64,000 nt of DNA, from contig CAXXSL010000016.1 of NCBI GenBank assembly GCA_963675525.2, positions 608,001-672,000 of the forward strand. Reading direction: 5' to 3'. Numbering within the stretch: position 1 is the stretch's first letter; each line of letters begins with the position of its first letter. The translations under genes were made by a program, and so were the position numbers. The notes beneath the pieces were generated by a model. That model did not search any database. It saw nothing but the letters and a program-made list of their open reading frames with translations, and was not told the DNA's origin. Below, in pieces: positions 8,248-18,346 of this stretch. The DNA is from Anaerohalosphaeraceae bacterium (GTDB lineage: Bacteria; Planctomycetota; Phycisphaerae; Sedimentisphaerales; Anaerohalosphaeraceae).

Positions 8248-10527
8248 ATGAAAAAGGCTACTCAAGACAGGCGGCAATCAAGACTTCGGTGGACAGTCAA
8301 TTTAATCCTTTTGATCTGTGCCAGCATCATCTTTTCATCACTCTTACTGCTGTTTAGTACCAATCGCCGGGTCTTCAGTAAACATTTTCCCCTGATTCAG
8401 ACTGTTTACGATATTCAGTGCCGTATGCTTGAGGCGCATTTGTGGTTTGAGGAGGCTATCAGCGGCGACACCACGGTCAAGCTCGAAGAAATCCAGGATC
8501 TGCTCAATCAAGCAGATCGGGATATACGGGCCCTGCTGGACGGCGGCACTACCCGTTTGGGAACAATCGAACCGGTACAATATCCTCTCCTGCGGGACAA
8601 CTTCAAACAAATCCACCTCCTTTCAGGTGAATTGAGACAGATCACAAAACAGCGATGGGAAAATATTTCAACCTCGGGTACCGGCAGTGAAATCGACCAG
8701 CAGTATGATGGGCTTTTTAAAGAGTTACTCGCCAGCGCAAACAACGCTTGTAATGATATCGATGAGATCATCCTGCGTGAGACGATCGCTTATAAACGGA
8801 GTACAGGTGTGCTTCTGGGCACATCGTCTGCGATCCTGTTGGCTATCAGTGTGCTGATCAATTATTTTCTGTCCTATCAATATAAAAGTAATCAAAAGCT
8901 GTTCTCGGTCAATCAGCAGCTTGAAGCAAACGAACAACAGTTGCGGGCATCAAACCAGCAGCTGACGGCGAGTGAACAACAATTAAAATCGGGCAATCAG
9001 CAATTACGTGCCTCTGAGCAACAATTGCAGGCGGTTAATCAGCAGTTGACGGCTAACGAAGCTGAACTCAAGCGGCTCGCCAGGTTTCCATCGGAAAACC
9101 CGAACCCAGTGCTGCGAATTCTGGACGACGGAACCATTTCCTATTACAACCGGGCCAGTAAGCCCTTGCTTGATGCCTGGCAGTGCAGCCATCATGATAA
9201 ACTGGCTGAACCATGGCTGGGTTTCGTTATGCAAGCGTTCGATAGCGAAGAGCCGATACAGATGGAAGTTGACTGCGAGGACAGGATCTTCCTGGTGACA
9301 TTTTCGCCGATTGCGGAGATGAACTACGTCAACCTCTATGCGACAGATATCACTCAACGTAAGCAGGCAGAAAAATCATTAAAGTCTTCTCTTTCTATGC
9401 TGACAGCCGCACTTGAATCGACCGCCGACGGCATTTTGATTGTGGACGGCCGCGGCAAGATCGAACAGTGGAATCAAAAATTCGTCGAGATGTGGCAGAT
9501 CCCGAAAAAAATTATCTCGACTAAAGATGATGATGCCGCCATCGGGCACGTGCTTTCACAGCTTACGGACCCTGAGCAATTTATCGACAAGGTCAGGGCT
9601 CTCTACACACAGCCGGACGCTTCCAGTTTTGACCAATTGGATTTTAAGGATGGACGGGTTTTTGAACGCTACTCACAGCCGCAGAAAATCGGTGAAATTG
9701 TGGTCGGACGTGTGTGGTCATTCCGCGATGTCACCGAGCGTAGACTGGCTGAGCAAGAACGGGAAAAGCTGATGCATAAGTTGAGGTCCAAAAACGAGGA
9801 ACTGCAAAGTATCGTTTATATCTCTTCGCATGATCTGAGGTCTCCGCTGGTTAATATTAACGGCTTCAGTGACTTACTCACTCAGCATATCAATCGCCTC
9901 AAATCTCTCCTTAAAAGCGGAGCGGAAGAAAACCGCTCTGAATTAACTGAACTCCTCGAAGGGCATATCCCCGAAGATATCGAATTTATCGCACACGGCA
10001 CAAAAAAAATGGAACTCCTGATAAACGGTCTGCTGCAGGTTTCCAGGGTTGGAACAACGGCCGTGAATCCGGTCGAATTTGACATGAATGATGTCGTCGA
10101 TACGATCATTGATAACGTCACGTACAAAGCCAAGCAAAGAGAGGCGGTTATTACCCGGGACGATCTGTGCCCCTGTTACGGAAATCCCGTTCAGATCAAC
10201 CAGGTGTTTTCAAATTTGATCGATAACGCGCTCAAATATTGCGATCTTTCCCGAAAAACACACATTCATGTTTCCTGTGTACACAACAACAGCAATGCTG
10301 TTTACTGTGTTCATGATAATGGCATCGGCATTGCCAATGACCAGCATGAAAAAGTGTTCAATATTTTTTATCGGTTTGACCCCGAGCATGTCGCAGAAGG
10401 CGAAGGGTTGGGGTTGACGATCGTCCGGCGGATTCTTGACCATCATAGCGGACGCATATGGATTGAATCAACCCCCGGCGAGGGAAGTAAATTTTTCATC
10501 TCATTACCCAGAAAGGAGGCCTTATGA
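8248..10527 (+). CDS. Membrane sensor histidine kinase with periplasmic helical sensor, QQ-heptad coiled coil, two PAS domains, HisKA/HATPase
   Basis: Two TM segments, SHDLRSPL H-box, NLIDNALKY, DNGIGI, GEGLGL; start ATG 8248 after AAGGA. Confidence 0.92.
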   Translation: MKKATQDRRQSRLRWTVNLILLICASIIFSSLLLLFSTNRRVFSKHFPLIQTVYDIQCRMLEAHLWFEEAISGDTTVKLEEIQDLLNQADRDIRALLDGGTTRLGTIEPVQYPLLRDNFKQIHLLSGELRQITKQRWENISTSGTGSEIDQQYDGLFKELLASANNACNDIDEIILRETIAYKRSTGVLLGTSSAILLAISVLINYFLSYQYKSNQKLFSVNQQLEANEQQLRASNQQLTASEQQLKSGNQQLRASEQQLQAVNQQLTANEAELKRLARFPSENPNPVLRILDDGTISYYNRASKPLLDAWQCSHHDKLAEPWLGFVMQAFDSEEPIQMEVDCEDRIFLVTFSPIAEMNYVNLYATDITQRKQAEKSLKSSLSMLTAALESTADGILIVDGRGKIEQWNQKFVEMWQIPKKIISTKDDDAAIGHVLSQLTDPEQFIDKVRALYTQPDASSFDQLDFKDGRVFERYSQPQKIGEIVVGRVWSFRDVTERRLAEQEREKLMHKLRSKNEELQSIVYISSHDLRSPLVNINGFSDLLTQHINRLKSLLKSGAEENRSELTELLEGHIPEDIEFIAHGTKKMELLINGLLQVSRVGTTAVNPVEFDMNDVVDTIIDNVTYKAKQREAVITRDDLCPCYGNPVQINQVFSNLIDNALKYCDLSRKTHIHVSCVHNNSNAVYCVHDNGIGIANDQHEKVFNIFYRFDPEHVAEGEGLGLTIVRRILDHHSGRIWIESTPGEGSKFFISLPRKEAL
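8911..9057 (+). repeat. Seven in-frame 21-bp (heptad) repeats [NE]QQLxA[SN]
   Basis: NQQLEAN EQQLRAS NQQLTAS EQQLKSG NQQLRAS EQQLQAV NQQLTAN. Confidence 0.9.
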
Positions 10528-10970
10528 CGCCCCGGCAACAAACCTTGACTGAAGCGGATTTTAAGGTGAGCCTAAGAAATGATATTGTGATCATTATGGC
10601 AGAAGATGAAGAAGGGCACTATTTGTTAACAAAGCATTGTCTTCGAAAGGCGGGGATTTCAAATGAAATTATCTGGTTTGAAGACGGCAGGAAAACCCTT
10701 GATTTTTTCTTAGGCGATGGATTCGGACGGGATGGAAAAAAATGTCTCCTGCTTCTGGATATCCGCATGCCCGGAATGGACGGTATCGAAATCCTGGAAA
10801 AAATTAAAAAGAACGACGCCCTTGCACATGTTCCGGTGATCATGCTGACCACCAGCGGAGATCAGGAGTTAGCAAACCGCTGTTACAGTCTTGGCTGCGA
10901 GGCTCATATTATCAAACCGCCGGGCATCACCCTCTTGAAGGCCATTAAACGCGTTTGCGAGCGGCTTTAA
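10524..10970 (+). CDS. Single-domain response regulator (Rcp1-like)
   Basis: AEDE, LLDIRMP, MLTTS, IIKP; ATGA overlap with kinase stop. Confidence 0.9.
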   Translation: MTPRQQTLTEADFKVSLRNDIVIIMAEDEEGHYLLTKHCLRKAGISNEIIWFEDGRKTLDFFLGDGFGRDGKKCLLLLDIRMPGMDGIEILEKIKKNDALAHVPVIMLTTSGDQELANRCYSLGCEAHIIKPPGITLLKAIKRVCERL

Positions 10971-11017
10971 AAAAAACAATGTCAAACAACATTCCATTAT
11001 GAGGCGATAAAGACACA

Positions 11018-11503
11018 GTGGACAACATTATTCATGTCAATACGGGTGAAGTTAGAGTCGGTCGCAAGGTGCGTTTGAGATCGTTGGCAATCGGTTCCTG
11101 TATTGTCATTGCGGCATATGATGCTGAAACCCGGGTCGGCGGGATGGCACATGTTATGCTGCCGGAAGAGTCGCCCAAAACGGCACGCCATAAAACACGC
11201 TATGTCTATGACGGGATCCATGAGTTGCTGCGGCAAATGATCGAAGAAGGGGTCAACCCGGAAAATATCGAAGTGTCGCTGGTCGGGGCGGGAAATGTAC
11301 TGCAAAAAACAGATGATACGATTTGCACATCCAACATTGAATCAGCAACTCGACTTTTAAGAGAAAACAATTTTCCGATCAGAGCTTCGGTTCTCGGCGG
11401 CATCCATCGAAAAAGTGTTTTTATGGACGCTGAAAAGGGAACGATCTTATACACGGAAGGGAACGGTCCGGAAACGTTGCTATGGAAGGCAGCAACGCTT
11501 TAA
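11018..11503 (+). CDS. cheD: Chemoreceptor glutamine deamidase CheD
   Basis: IGSCIV...GGMAHVMLP catalytic Cys/His motif, GAG, N, SVLGG..R. Confidence 0.88.
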   Translation: MDNIIHVNTGEVRVGRKVRLRSLAIGSCIVIAAYDAETRVGGMAHVMLPEESPKTARHKTRYVYDGIHELLRQMIEEGVNPENIEVSLVGAGNVLQKTDDTICTSNIESATRLLRENNFPIRASVLGGIHRKSVFMDAEKGTILYTEGNGPETLLWKAATL

Positions 11504-13851
11504 TCCCCGGCTTTATCATGTTCGGACGATTCATCCGCTCCGTTTAGCTGCTTCTGTAATTCTTCAATTTTTGCCGTGGCCGTTGTATATGCCGTATGCC
11601 CGATACGGCTGACGACAGGCTTGCGATCAGGATACATGATCTTAAACTGCGACCGATAGGCTTCTTCAATCTCGACGGCCTTCTGAAAATGGGCCAGTGC
11701 CTGTTGGGGTTGTTGAAGTTCTTCGGCAACCATTCCCAGCGTGTAATGCATCCGGTCAGAACCGGGGTAGCGATCAACGGCCTCCTGAAATGCGTCATAT
11801 GCTTTTTGGAGATAGTCGTTCTTTTGTTCCGAATCTATTTCCGGAGAGCCCAGCAAGAGATAAATATCTCCCTGCATACGGAACGGCTTGAAATCGGCAG
11901 GATTTCGGCGGTGCGCGATACCGGCATACTCAATCGCTTTATCGAGCAACAACGTATCTTTCGCTGACGGCCGCTGCTGGGCATACATCTGTGTCAGTAC
12001 ACCGGCGGAACGGTATGCGGTGTCCGGCGAGAGGGGGTCGGCGGCAATGGCTTTTTCCAGTTGCTCGAACGACCGTTCCTCGGAACGGAGAAATCGTCTG
12101 AACAAATCGTTCGCCCTCATCGGCAGCACAACAACAAGAACAAGGCAAAAGAAGCTTGCTGCCGTTAAACCAATCGCCGCGAATAATCGGCGGGATTCTT
12201 TAAATAAAATCGGCTTTTCCTCGGTACCGGTATTATTATGAATACAGGCAACAAAAATCGCAACAAAGAGCCAGAAAGTATTCCAGATGCCCGGCTCAAA
12301 GATCGCAAAGTCGATTAGATTATGGACGAATACCGCCGCCAGACCGCAAACCAGTGAAATCATCAGGTAACGATTCCGCTTCGGCACGGAAACATCTGCC
12401 GTTGACACGGCACAAAGCAGGATAAACGCCAGCGTAAAAACGCCTGCCGGAAAAAGAAACAAAACCAGATATGCCGCCATGCGGACATCCGCCTGTTGTA
12501 TTAAAAAAGCCGCATCAACCAAGGCCGGACGAACAAACGCCAGCATACACACTGCCGCGGCTAATATACCGGGCCACATTTTTTTATCGTCTGTCTGAGA
12601 TAGCAACGCAGCATTTGTTGAAGTTCCTAATTGTTGCTGAAGACATTTACCCACCGGAATAAAAACCGCCGCCAGAAATGCTGCCAGTCCCAGCGGACCA
12701 TACTGGCTCAGCAGGAACAGCACAACATTGTGCGGATCCTGAATGGTTTCCAGCGCAGCAGGCGTTTTGTACATGGGATAATAAACCATAAAATTGCCGC
12801 CGCCGACACCTGTCCAGAAATGATCGCCAATCATTTTCACTGCGCTTTGCCAATACTGCCAGCGCACCAGCATCGAGTTGCCGCCGGGCAGACGGCCGTG
12901 GTCCCGACCATATATCACGACCAAAACCGAAGCAAGAAAAAGCCCTGCCAGTAAAAGAAATCCGAGAGTAAAGCGGTGTTTCCACAATCGTTTTCCGAAA
13001 AAACCCAAGGCGGCCAACAGCATGATTCCCACGATCAGCGCACCGTTACCGCCCTTGCTTTTTGTCATCACAAGCCCCGTTAGAACGATGATCAACCCCA
13101 GCAGGTAGCATACAAAGGCCGCCAGTGTTTCGGGGTGTCGACGTTCGTGAAAAGCCTCGATGCATAACCCCAGCGAAGCAAAGACCGCCAGCAGGAAAAA
13201 TGACGCGGACGAGTTACTGGTCATCAGAAATCCGCGTATGCCTTTGGAGTACAACCGGTGTTCGTACATCCAGTGTTCAAGACTGTCCGGTTCAATGCCT
13301 GCTCTTTGTAACGATCCGGCCTTGTCCTCTTCATAATTTTTAATGATGCTTTCATTGGAATCGAGCAACTGGTCGAAACACAGGACCGTTGCCGCCACGC
13401 CGATGGCCACAATTAATAGCAGCGCGATGCGAATGGTCCGTTTGCTTTTAAACAGTTGAACCAGCAGCATTGCCGCTACCATTGGTGCGGTCAAAAACAC
13501 CAGGTCGGTCAGGGCCATGCGTTTATTGGAAGCGGCAAAAAATGAGAGAATGCCCGCGACGACAAACAACGCAACAGGGATGCCCAGATAGGTTTTTCGC
13601 CACTCCAGTCGGCCGGTCAAAACCGAAACCAGCAGCCAGACAACAAAACACGCGAGCAATATCGTCGAAAGAATCAGGCTGATGATCTCGGACGTCAAAA
13701 ATAACTGGGTTTGCAACTGCTCGATGTGAGGGTTTTCAATATAAGTCGCCCGCAGGGTAATGATACTCAGCACGATTAACAACAGACCATATTCGAGTGT
13801 TTTCAAAACCGCCTGTTTTCTGCTTTGTCTTTTTTTAATATCCAATCGCAT
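11500..13851 (-). CDS. O-antigen-ligase-family (Wzy_C) membrane protein with C-terminal TPRs
   Basis: Multi-TM; TKSKGG, SMLVRWQYW, GVGGGNF, DPHN, VHNLIDF; TPR-like tail. Confidence 0.82.
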   Translation of the reverse strand: MRLDIKKRQSRKQAVLKTLEYGLLLIVLSIITLRATYIENPHIEQLQTQLFLTSEIISLILSTILLACFVVWLLVSVLTGRLEWRKTYLGIPVALFVVAGILSFFAASNKRMALTDLVFLTAPMVAAMLLVQLFKSKRTIRIALLLIVAIGVAATVLCFDQLLDSNESIIKNYEEDKAGSLQRAGIEPDSLEHWMYEHRLYSKGIRGFLMTSNSSASFFLLAVFASLGLCIEAFHERRHPETLAAFVCYLLGLIIVLTGLVMTKSKGGNGALIVGIMLLAALGFFGKRLWKHRFTLGFLLLAGLFLASVLVVIYGRDHGRLPGGNSMLVRWQYWQSAVKMIGDHFWTGVGGGNFMVYYPMYKTPAALETIQDPHNVVLFLLSQYGPLGLAAFLAAVFIPVGKCLQQQLGTSTNAALLSQTDDKKMWPGILAAAVCMLAFVRPALVDAAFLIQQADVRMAAYLVLFLFPAGVFTLAFILLCAVSTADVSVPKRNRYLMISLVCGLAAVFVHNLIDFAIFEPGIWNTFWLFVAIFVACIHNNTGTEEKPILFKESRRLFAAIGLTAASFFCLVLVVVLPMRANDLFRRFLRSEERSFEQLEKAIAADPLSPDTAYRSAGVLTQMYAQQRPSAKDTLLLDKAIEYAGIAHRRNPADFKPFRMQGDIYLLLGSPEIDSEQKNDYLQKAYDAFQEAVDRYPGSDRMHYTLGMVAEELQQPQQALAHFQKAVEIEEAYRSQFKIMYPDRKPVVSRIGHTAYTTATAKIEELQKQLNGADESSEHDKAGD

Positions 13852-13859
13852 GGTGTCTC

Positions 13860-14987
13860 CTACTGTCCTGCCGCAGAGTTGATTCGGCTGGCTTCCAGAA
13901 TTCCGATGATCAGCAGGATCATAATGGTTTGAAGAGCGATCAGCACTGCGCCAACTAAATCAGCCTGCTGTAAAAGGACCGCTCCCAGGCCCGTACACAA
14001 GGTCGCCAGGTAAAGGGTCAGCGCCACCTGCCGGTCCGAAAGCCCCCGTCGTTTAAGGCGATGGGAAAAATGCTGGGTATCCCCGACGAACGGACTCTTT
14101 CCCTGTTTGAGCCGCAGGAACGTAACACTCATAAAATCATACAGCGGTACGGCCATCACAATTGCCGGCATGAAAACCGAATACAGTTCGGTTCCCGCTT
14201 CGGCATTGTAATAGGTCGTCCGCAGCGTCAGCAAGGCCACAAAAAATCCGACGACCATTGAGCCGCAGTCACCCATGAAAATTTTGGCCGGTGGAAAATT
14301 AAACAGCAGAAACCCCAACAGTGCACCGATGAAAACCGATCCCATCGCGCCGACAAAAACCTGTCCGCTCCGCACGGCCGCGACCATAAGAACCGCTGTG
14401 GCAATCAGTGCAATGCCGGTACTGGCCCCGTCCATATTGTCAAGAAAGTTAAACGCATTGATCATCAGAACAATCCAGAATACCGACAGAACCGTCGTCA
14501 TGAACTTGTTTTCGATAAACATCTCGGCACGAACATCGGCGTACACCGCAGCAATGATTGCAACGGCAAACTGAATGGCCAGCTTCACAAACGGGTTTAA
14601 GTCTCTTTTATCATCCCAAAGGCCCATCAGGTGCAAGATAAAGACCGCCATAATTACAACCAGTAAGTCATTGATCTTTGACAGGAAGCCTTCGGCGTGG
14701 GTCTGCACAGAGGCATCCAAGAATGAAAGATGACCCGGCGCAACCAGAAACTTAACCGCCGCGGCACCTGCCAGAACAAACAATGCGATCGTCCAGAAAA
14801 TCGCGATTCCGCCGCCCAATGCGATGACGTTGCGGTTGTAGCGATCTTCGCGTGGATGCGACACAAAATCGGTCTTCACGGCCCAGTGTCTGACAAGCGC
14901 GGTTAAAATCGCACTGCACACAAACGCCGCCGCGGGCAAAGCAATCATGGCTATCATTAAATGATTTATAATACTATCTCCTGTCAT
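13860..14987 (-). CDS. MraY/WecA-family polyprenyl-phosphate sugar-1-phosphate transferase
   Basis: GLWDD, NAFNFLDNMDG, FNFPPAKIFMGDCGS, GDTQHFSHRL. Confidence 0.9.
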   Translation of the reverse strand: MTGDSIINHLMIAMIALPAAAFVCSAILTALVRHWAVKTDFVSHPREDRYNRNVIALGGGIAIFWTIALFVLAGAAAVKFLVAPGHLSFLDASVQTHAEGFLSKINDLLVVIMAVFILHLMGLWDDKRDLNPFVKLAIQFAVAIIAAVYADVRAEMFIENKFMTTVLSVFWIVLMINAFNFLDNMDGASTGIALIATAVLMVAAVRSGQVFVGAMGSVFIGALLGFLLFNFPPAKIFMGDCGSMVVGFFVALLTLRTTYYNAEAGTELYSVFMPAIVMAVPLYDFMSVTFLRLKQGKSPFVGDTQHFSHRLKRRGLSDRQVALTLYLATLCTGLGAVLLQQADLVGAVLIALQTIMILLIIGILEASRINSAAGQ

Positions 14988-15008
14988 TCCGCGTGGGCAC
15001 GGCCCACC

Positions 15009-15554
15009 CTACTTTTTCAGAGCGCGCTGTTGCCGGACAACGCATTCTCGAACGTTGCTAAGAAAACCATTATACCGTCCGCTCTTGAAATCGGGAAATG
15101 TAAAAGGAAAAGATTCCCATTTGCCCCTGTTGTACGTCATGGTGACCTCAGCGTACATGTGGTCGCCGATGTAGATGCGATGGGCAAAATTCTTAGTCGA
15201 GGCCAGCACCAGCTTGGACGGCTCGACAAAACCGGGGTCCAGATTCACCGGACGGGAATACGGCGTATCCAGTTGCTTTGCCAGTTCCTGCTCCATACGA
15301 TTCGTTTCGTGCTTGATCGCCGCCAGACACCCGGGGTCGATGAGATTTTCAAAGGCCAGGAACTGCCGCACCATATTTGCCCCGGCTTCGTCAACATAAT
15401 ATTCCGTCATATCAAACAGATAGACTTCACTAACCAAATCCGCCGGACCATAGACATCTACCAGCGGCGCATGGGACGCTTTCAAGGCCGCCTCATCGCA
15501 CGCCAATATCCCCACGATCAGTTTAACCGGTAAAATATCCTGTACATCCCACAT
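15009..15554 (-). CDS. DUF4416 family protein
   Basis: T.YY..E.G, RPVNLDPG, LVLASTKN..HRIY, FTFPDF. Confidence 0.82.
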   Translation of the reverse strand: MWDVQDILPVKLIVGILACDEAALKASHAPLVDVYGPADLVSEVYLFDMTEYYVDEAGANMVRQFLAFENLIDPGCLAAIKHETNRMEQELAKQLDTPYSRPVNLDPGFVEPSKLVLASTKNFAHRIYIGDHMYAEVTMTYNRGKWESFPFTFPDFKSGRYNGFLSNVRECVVRQQRALKK

Positions 15555-15574
15555 GGATTAATACCACCGTGCAT

Positions 15575-15600
15575 AAAAAAGGTGGGCCAAAGACCCGCCC
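15575..15600 (-). terminator. Intrinsic terminator after proS
   Basis: GGGCGGGTC-TTTG-GCCCACC-T6 on minus strand. Confidence 0.6.
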
Positions 15601-15606
15601 TGCGAT

Positions 15607-17346
15607 TTATTTTAGCTGGTTGAGTTTGGCTTTCATGTCTTTGACTTTATCGGCAACGTGTTGGGCGGCACTGTCCAGCGGCAAGGTGCTGCGGTCGGCA
15701 TCCGTGCGGAGCTTGAACTCGACGAGTCCTTCGGCCAGCGTTTTCTTGCCGACGGTGACCCGCATCGGAATTCCCAAGAGGTCTGCGTCTTTGAACTTGA
15801 CCCCGCCGCGGGCATCGCGATCGTCGAACAAGACTTCCACGCCTGCATCCAGCAGTTGCTGATAAATTTTTTCCGCCGCGGCCATGACGTCCTCTTCCTT
15901 GCCCGCAGGGGTCACGATCACTTCCCACGGCGCGATCGTAATCGGCAAAATCATGCCGTTTTCATCGTGCCCGTTCTCAATCGCCGAGGCGATGATGCGG
16001 TTAATGCCAATGCCGTAACAGCCCATCAGACAGCTCTTTTGTTTGCCATCGGCATCGAGAAAGTTGGCGCCCAGCTTCTTGCTGTATTTATCGCCCAGCT
16101 TGAATACCTGTCCGACTTCGATGCCGCGTTTGAACAACAGCTTTTTGCCGTCGTAGGTATCACCTTCGACCGCGTTGCGAATATCGGCAATTTGAATAGT
16201 GTCCCCTTCCAGCGGAAAATCCCGCCCGGGGACGACATTCATGATATGATAATCGGTCTTGTTGGCGCCGGTGGCACCGACAGCCATCGCCGCGACACCG
16301 TGGTCGATGAAAACCTTGCTGACCTTATCACACAATCCAACCGGCCCGGCAAAGCCAACCGCCGCACCGGTCAGTTTCACAATGTCGGCCTCTTCAGCCA
16401 TGTCCATGCGTGCGCCGTTCATCAGACGGGTCAGTTTTTCCGGGTTAGCTTCATGGTCGCCACGAATCAAAGCAACAATCAAATCATCGCCGCTTTTATA
16501 AATCAGCGTTTTGATAAGCTGGTCGGCGGTCACTTTCATATACCTGCAGGCATCTTCGATCTTGCCGGCCTGCGGTGTATGAAAATCCTCTACCGGCCCG
16601 ACCTCGACGGCAGGCTGTTTGGCCAGCGCATCGACGGGCGCTTTTTCAATATTCCACGCCTCTTTATCGTCATCGGTATAAACAATCACGTCTTCGCCGT
16701 TATCACAGGGTACGGTAAACTGATGCGAACCGCTGCCGCCCATCTCGCCGGACTCGGCCAAAACAATAACATACTCAAGACCGCACCGCTCAAACACCCG
16801 GCAATAGGCGTGGTACATGTCCATGTAGGTTTTATGCAGACAGTCTTCGCTGCCGTGAAAACTGTAGGCGTCTTTCATGATAAATTCGCGTGACCGCAGC
16901 ACGCCGAACCGCGGACGAAACTCATCGCGATACTTCGTATTGATCTGGTACAGATTCATCGGAAGCTGTTTATAGGAGTTGATCTCATTGGAGGCCAAAA
17001 ACGTAAATCCCTCTTCCGCTGTCGGCGACAATACATTGCCCCGGCCGTGCCGGTCGATGAATGTGCCGAGTGTTTCGCCATAGTCCACATCCCGGCCGGT
17101 TTTTTGCCACAACTCCAGCGGCTGAATCACCGGCATGGTGACTTCCTGCGCGCCGGCGCGGTCCATTTCTTCACGCACGATCTGCATCACCTTATTGAGC
17201 ATTCGCTGGCCGGCCGGCAGATATATATACGTCCCGCTGGCCAGTTTACGCATCAGCCCGGCGCGAAGCATCAATTGATGGCTGATAATCTCCGCATCCG
17301 CAGGCACTTCCTTTATTGTCGGTATTAATGTCTGACTGTATCGCAT
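15607..17346 (-). CDS. proS: Proline--tRNA ligase
   Basis: SHQLMLRAG, YRDEFRPRFGVLRSREFIMKDAYSF, editing insert, GCYGIG, anticodon domain. Confidence 0.97.
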   Translation of the reverse strand: MRYSQTLIPTIKEVPADAEIISHQLMLRAGLMRKLASGTYIYLPAGQRMLNKVMQIVREEMDRAGAQEVTMPVIQPLELWQKTGRDVDYGETLGTFIDRHGRGNVLSPTAEEGFTFLASNEINSYKQLPMNLYQINTKYRDEFRPRFGVLRSREFIMKDAYSFHGSEDCLHKTYMDMYHAYCRVFERCGLEYVIVLAESGEMGGSGSHQFTVPCDNGEDVIVYTDDDKEAWNIEKAPVDALAKQPAVEVGPVEDFHTPQAGKIEDACRYMKVTADQLIKTLIYKSGDDLIVALIRGDHEANPEKLTRLMNGARMDMAEEADIVKLTGAAVGFAGPVGLCDKVSKVFIDHGVAAMAVGATGANKTDYHIMNVVPGRDFPLEGDTIQIADIRNAVEGDTYDGKKLLFKRGIEVGQVFKLGDKYSKKLGANFLDADGKQKSCLMGCYGIGINRIIASAIENGHDENGMILPITIAPWEVIVTPAGKEEDVMAAAEKIYQQLLDAGVEVLFDDRDARGGVKFKDADLLGIPMRVTVGKKTLAEGLVEFKLRTDADRSTLPLDSAAQHVADKVKDMKAKLNQLK

Positions 17347-17358
17347 GTTTCTCCTGTT

Positions 17359-18312
17359 TTAATCGGCGACATCCAGGTCGCTGCGGATGTCATTATAAAA
17401 CTCCGCGTACTTATCCTTGTTATCGGTTTTTCGTACTCGGATCGCCGCACGCGGGTGCTGGTTTAAAATACCCGTAATGGCATACGGAATCATATAGCCC
17501 CATTCAATTTCCTCAAGCATTGGAATCATGTGGTCCTGAATGACCCGAAGAATCGGCTCCAGGTCAAATTTTGGATTTTTCAAAAAGCCCATCAGCAGTT
17601 CCAGCGGACAGTTCCCCGCACCGCGGCCAATGCCGTACAACGACGCATCCAGCAGGTTGGCCCCTTTACGAATTCCTTCAATCGTATTGGCAAAGCCCAA
17701 TTGCTGATTGTTATGGCAATGCATCCCGATACGCTTGCCGGGCAGATGCTCCTGGAACATCTTGACCATATAATGAATCTGCTCGCTGAAGAAATAACCA
17801 AAACTGTCCACGACATAAACCGTCCCGGCAGGCGTCTTGGCAACCTGGTCCAGTGCCTCGATCAGGTCAAATTCGTTTTCCCGGGAAATGGCCATGATAT
17901 TGACACAGGTCTCATATCCGAGGTCATGCACACGGTCGCACAGCGTAATGGCCTTGTCAATATCCTTCACGTAAGTCGCGATACGAATCATATCAACCGG
18001 ACTTTCATCCACTGGCTTAAATTCCTGCTCCATTACACGATGCGCATCCACCATGATACTGATTTTGACATCGGACTCGATGCCGTCAATAATTTCGGCG
18101 ATTTTATGGTCATCACAAAATTTCCAGGCCCCAAAATTCTTGGGGTCGGCTACCTGACGGCTGCTGCGATAGCCCATTTCCATATAATCAACACCTGCAT
18201 TACTAACGGCTTTATAAACTTCGCGCACAAACTCATCCGTGAAAAAATGGTCGTTGATCAGCCCTCCGTCGCGGATCGTGCAATCCAATACTTTAATTTC
18301 TTCTCTGTACAT
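17359..18312 (-). CDS. DRE-TIM metallolyase, 4-hydroxy-2-oxovalerate-aldolase-like (substrate unknown)
   Basis: LDCTIRDGG, VDSFG, HCHNN, GIGRGAGN; start at 18312 after GGAGAG. Confidence 0.82.
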   Translation of the reverse strand: MYREEIKVLDCTIRDGGLINDHFFTDEFVREVYKAVSNAGVDYMEMGYRSSRQVADPKNFGAWKFCDDHKIAEIIDGIESDVKISIMVDAHRVMEQEFKPVDESPVDMIRIATYVKDIDKAITLCDRVHDLGYETCVNIMAISRENEFDLIEALDQVAKTPAGTVYVVDSFGYFFSEQIHYMVKMFQEHLPGKRIGMHCHNNQQLGFANTIEGIRKGANLLDASLYGIGRGAGNCPLELLMGFLKNPKFDLEPILRVIQDHMIPMLEEIEWGYMIPYAITGILNQHPRAAIRVRKTDNKDKYAEFYNDIRSDLDVAD

Positions 18313-18346
18313 AATCTCTCCCGTTCTCCATTTTTTTAGCAACTAA

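Noticed and set aside
8911..9057. Periodic DNA repeat as CRISPR or VNTR
   Set aside because: Degenerate 21-bp coding heptads with no spacers; no CRISPR array or cas gene seen anywhere in the window.
4870..11503. Signalling cluster as a second tandem island at tRNA-His
   Set aside because: No further att copy or mobility gene found at the right boundary.
15658..16893. Long plus-strand ORF (411 aa) and similar antisense ORFs (17530-18339, 24289-25002, 61007-61960)
   Set aside because: Shadows of well-supported genes on the opposite strand; no recognisable motifs.
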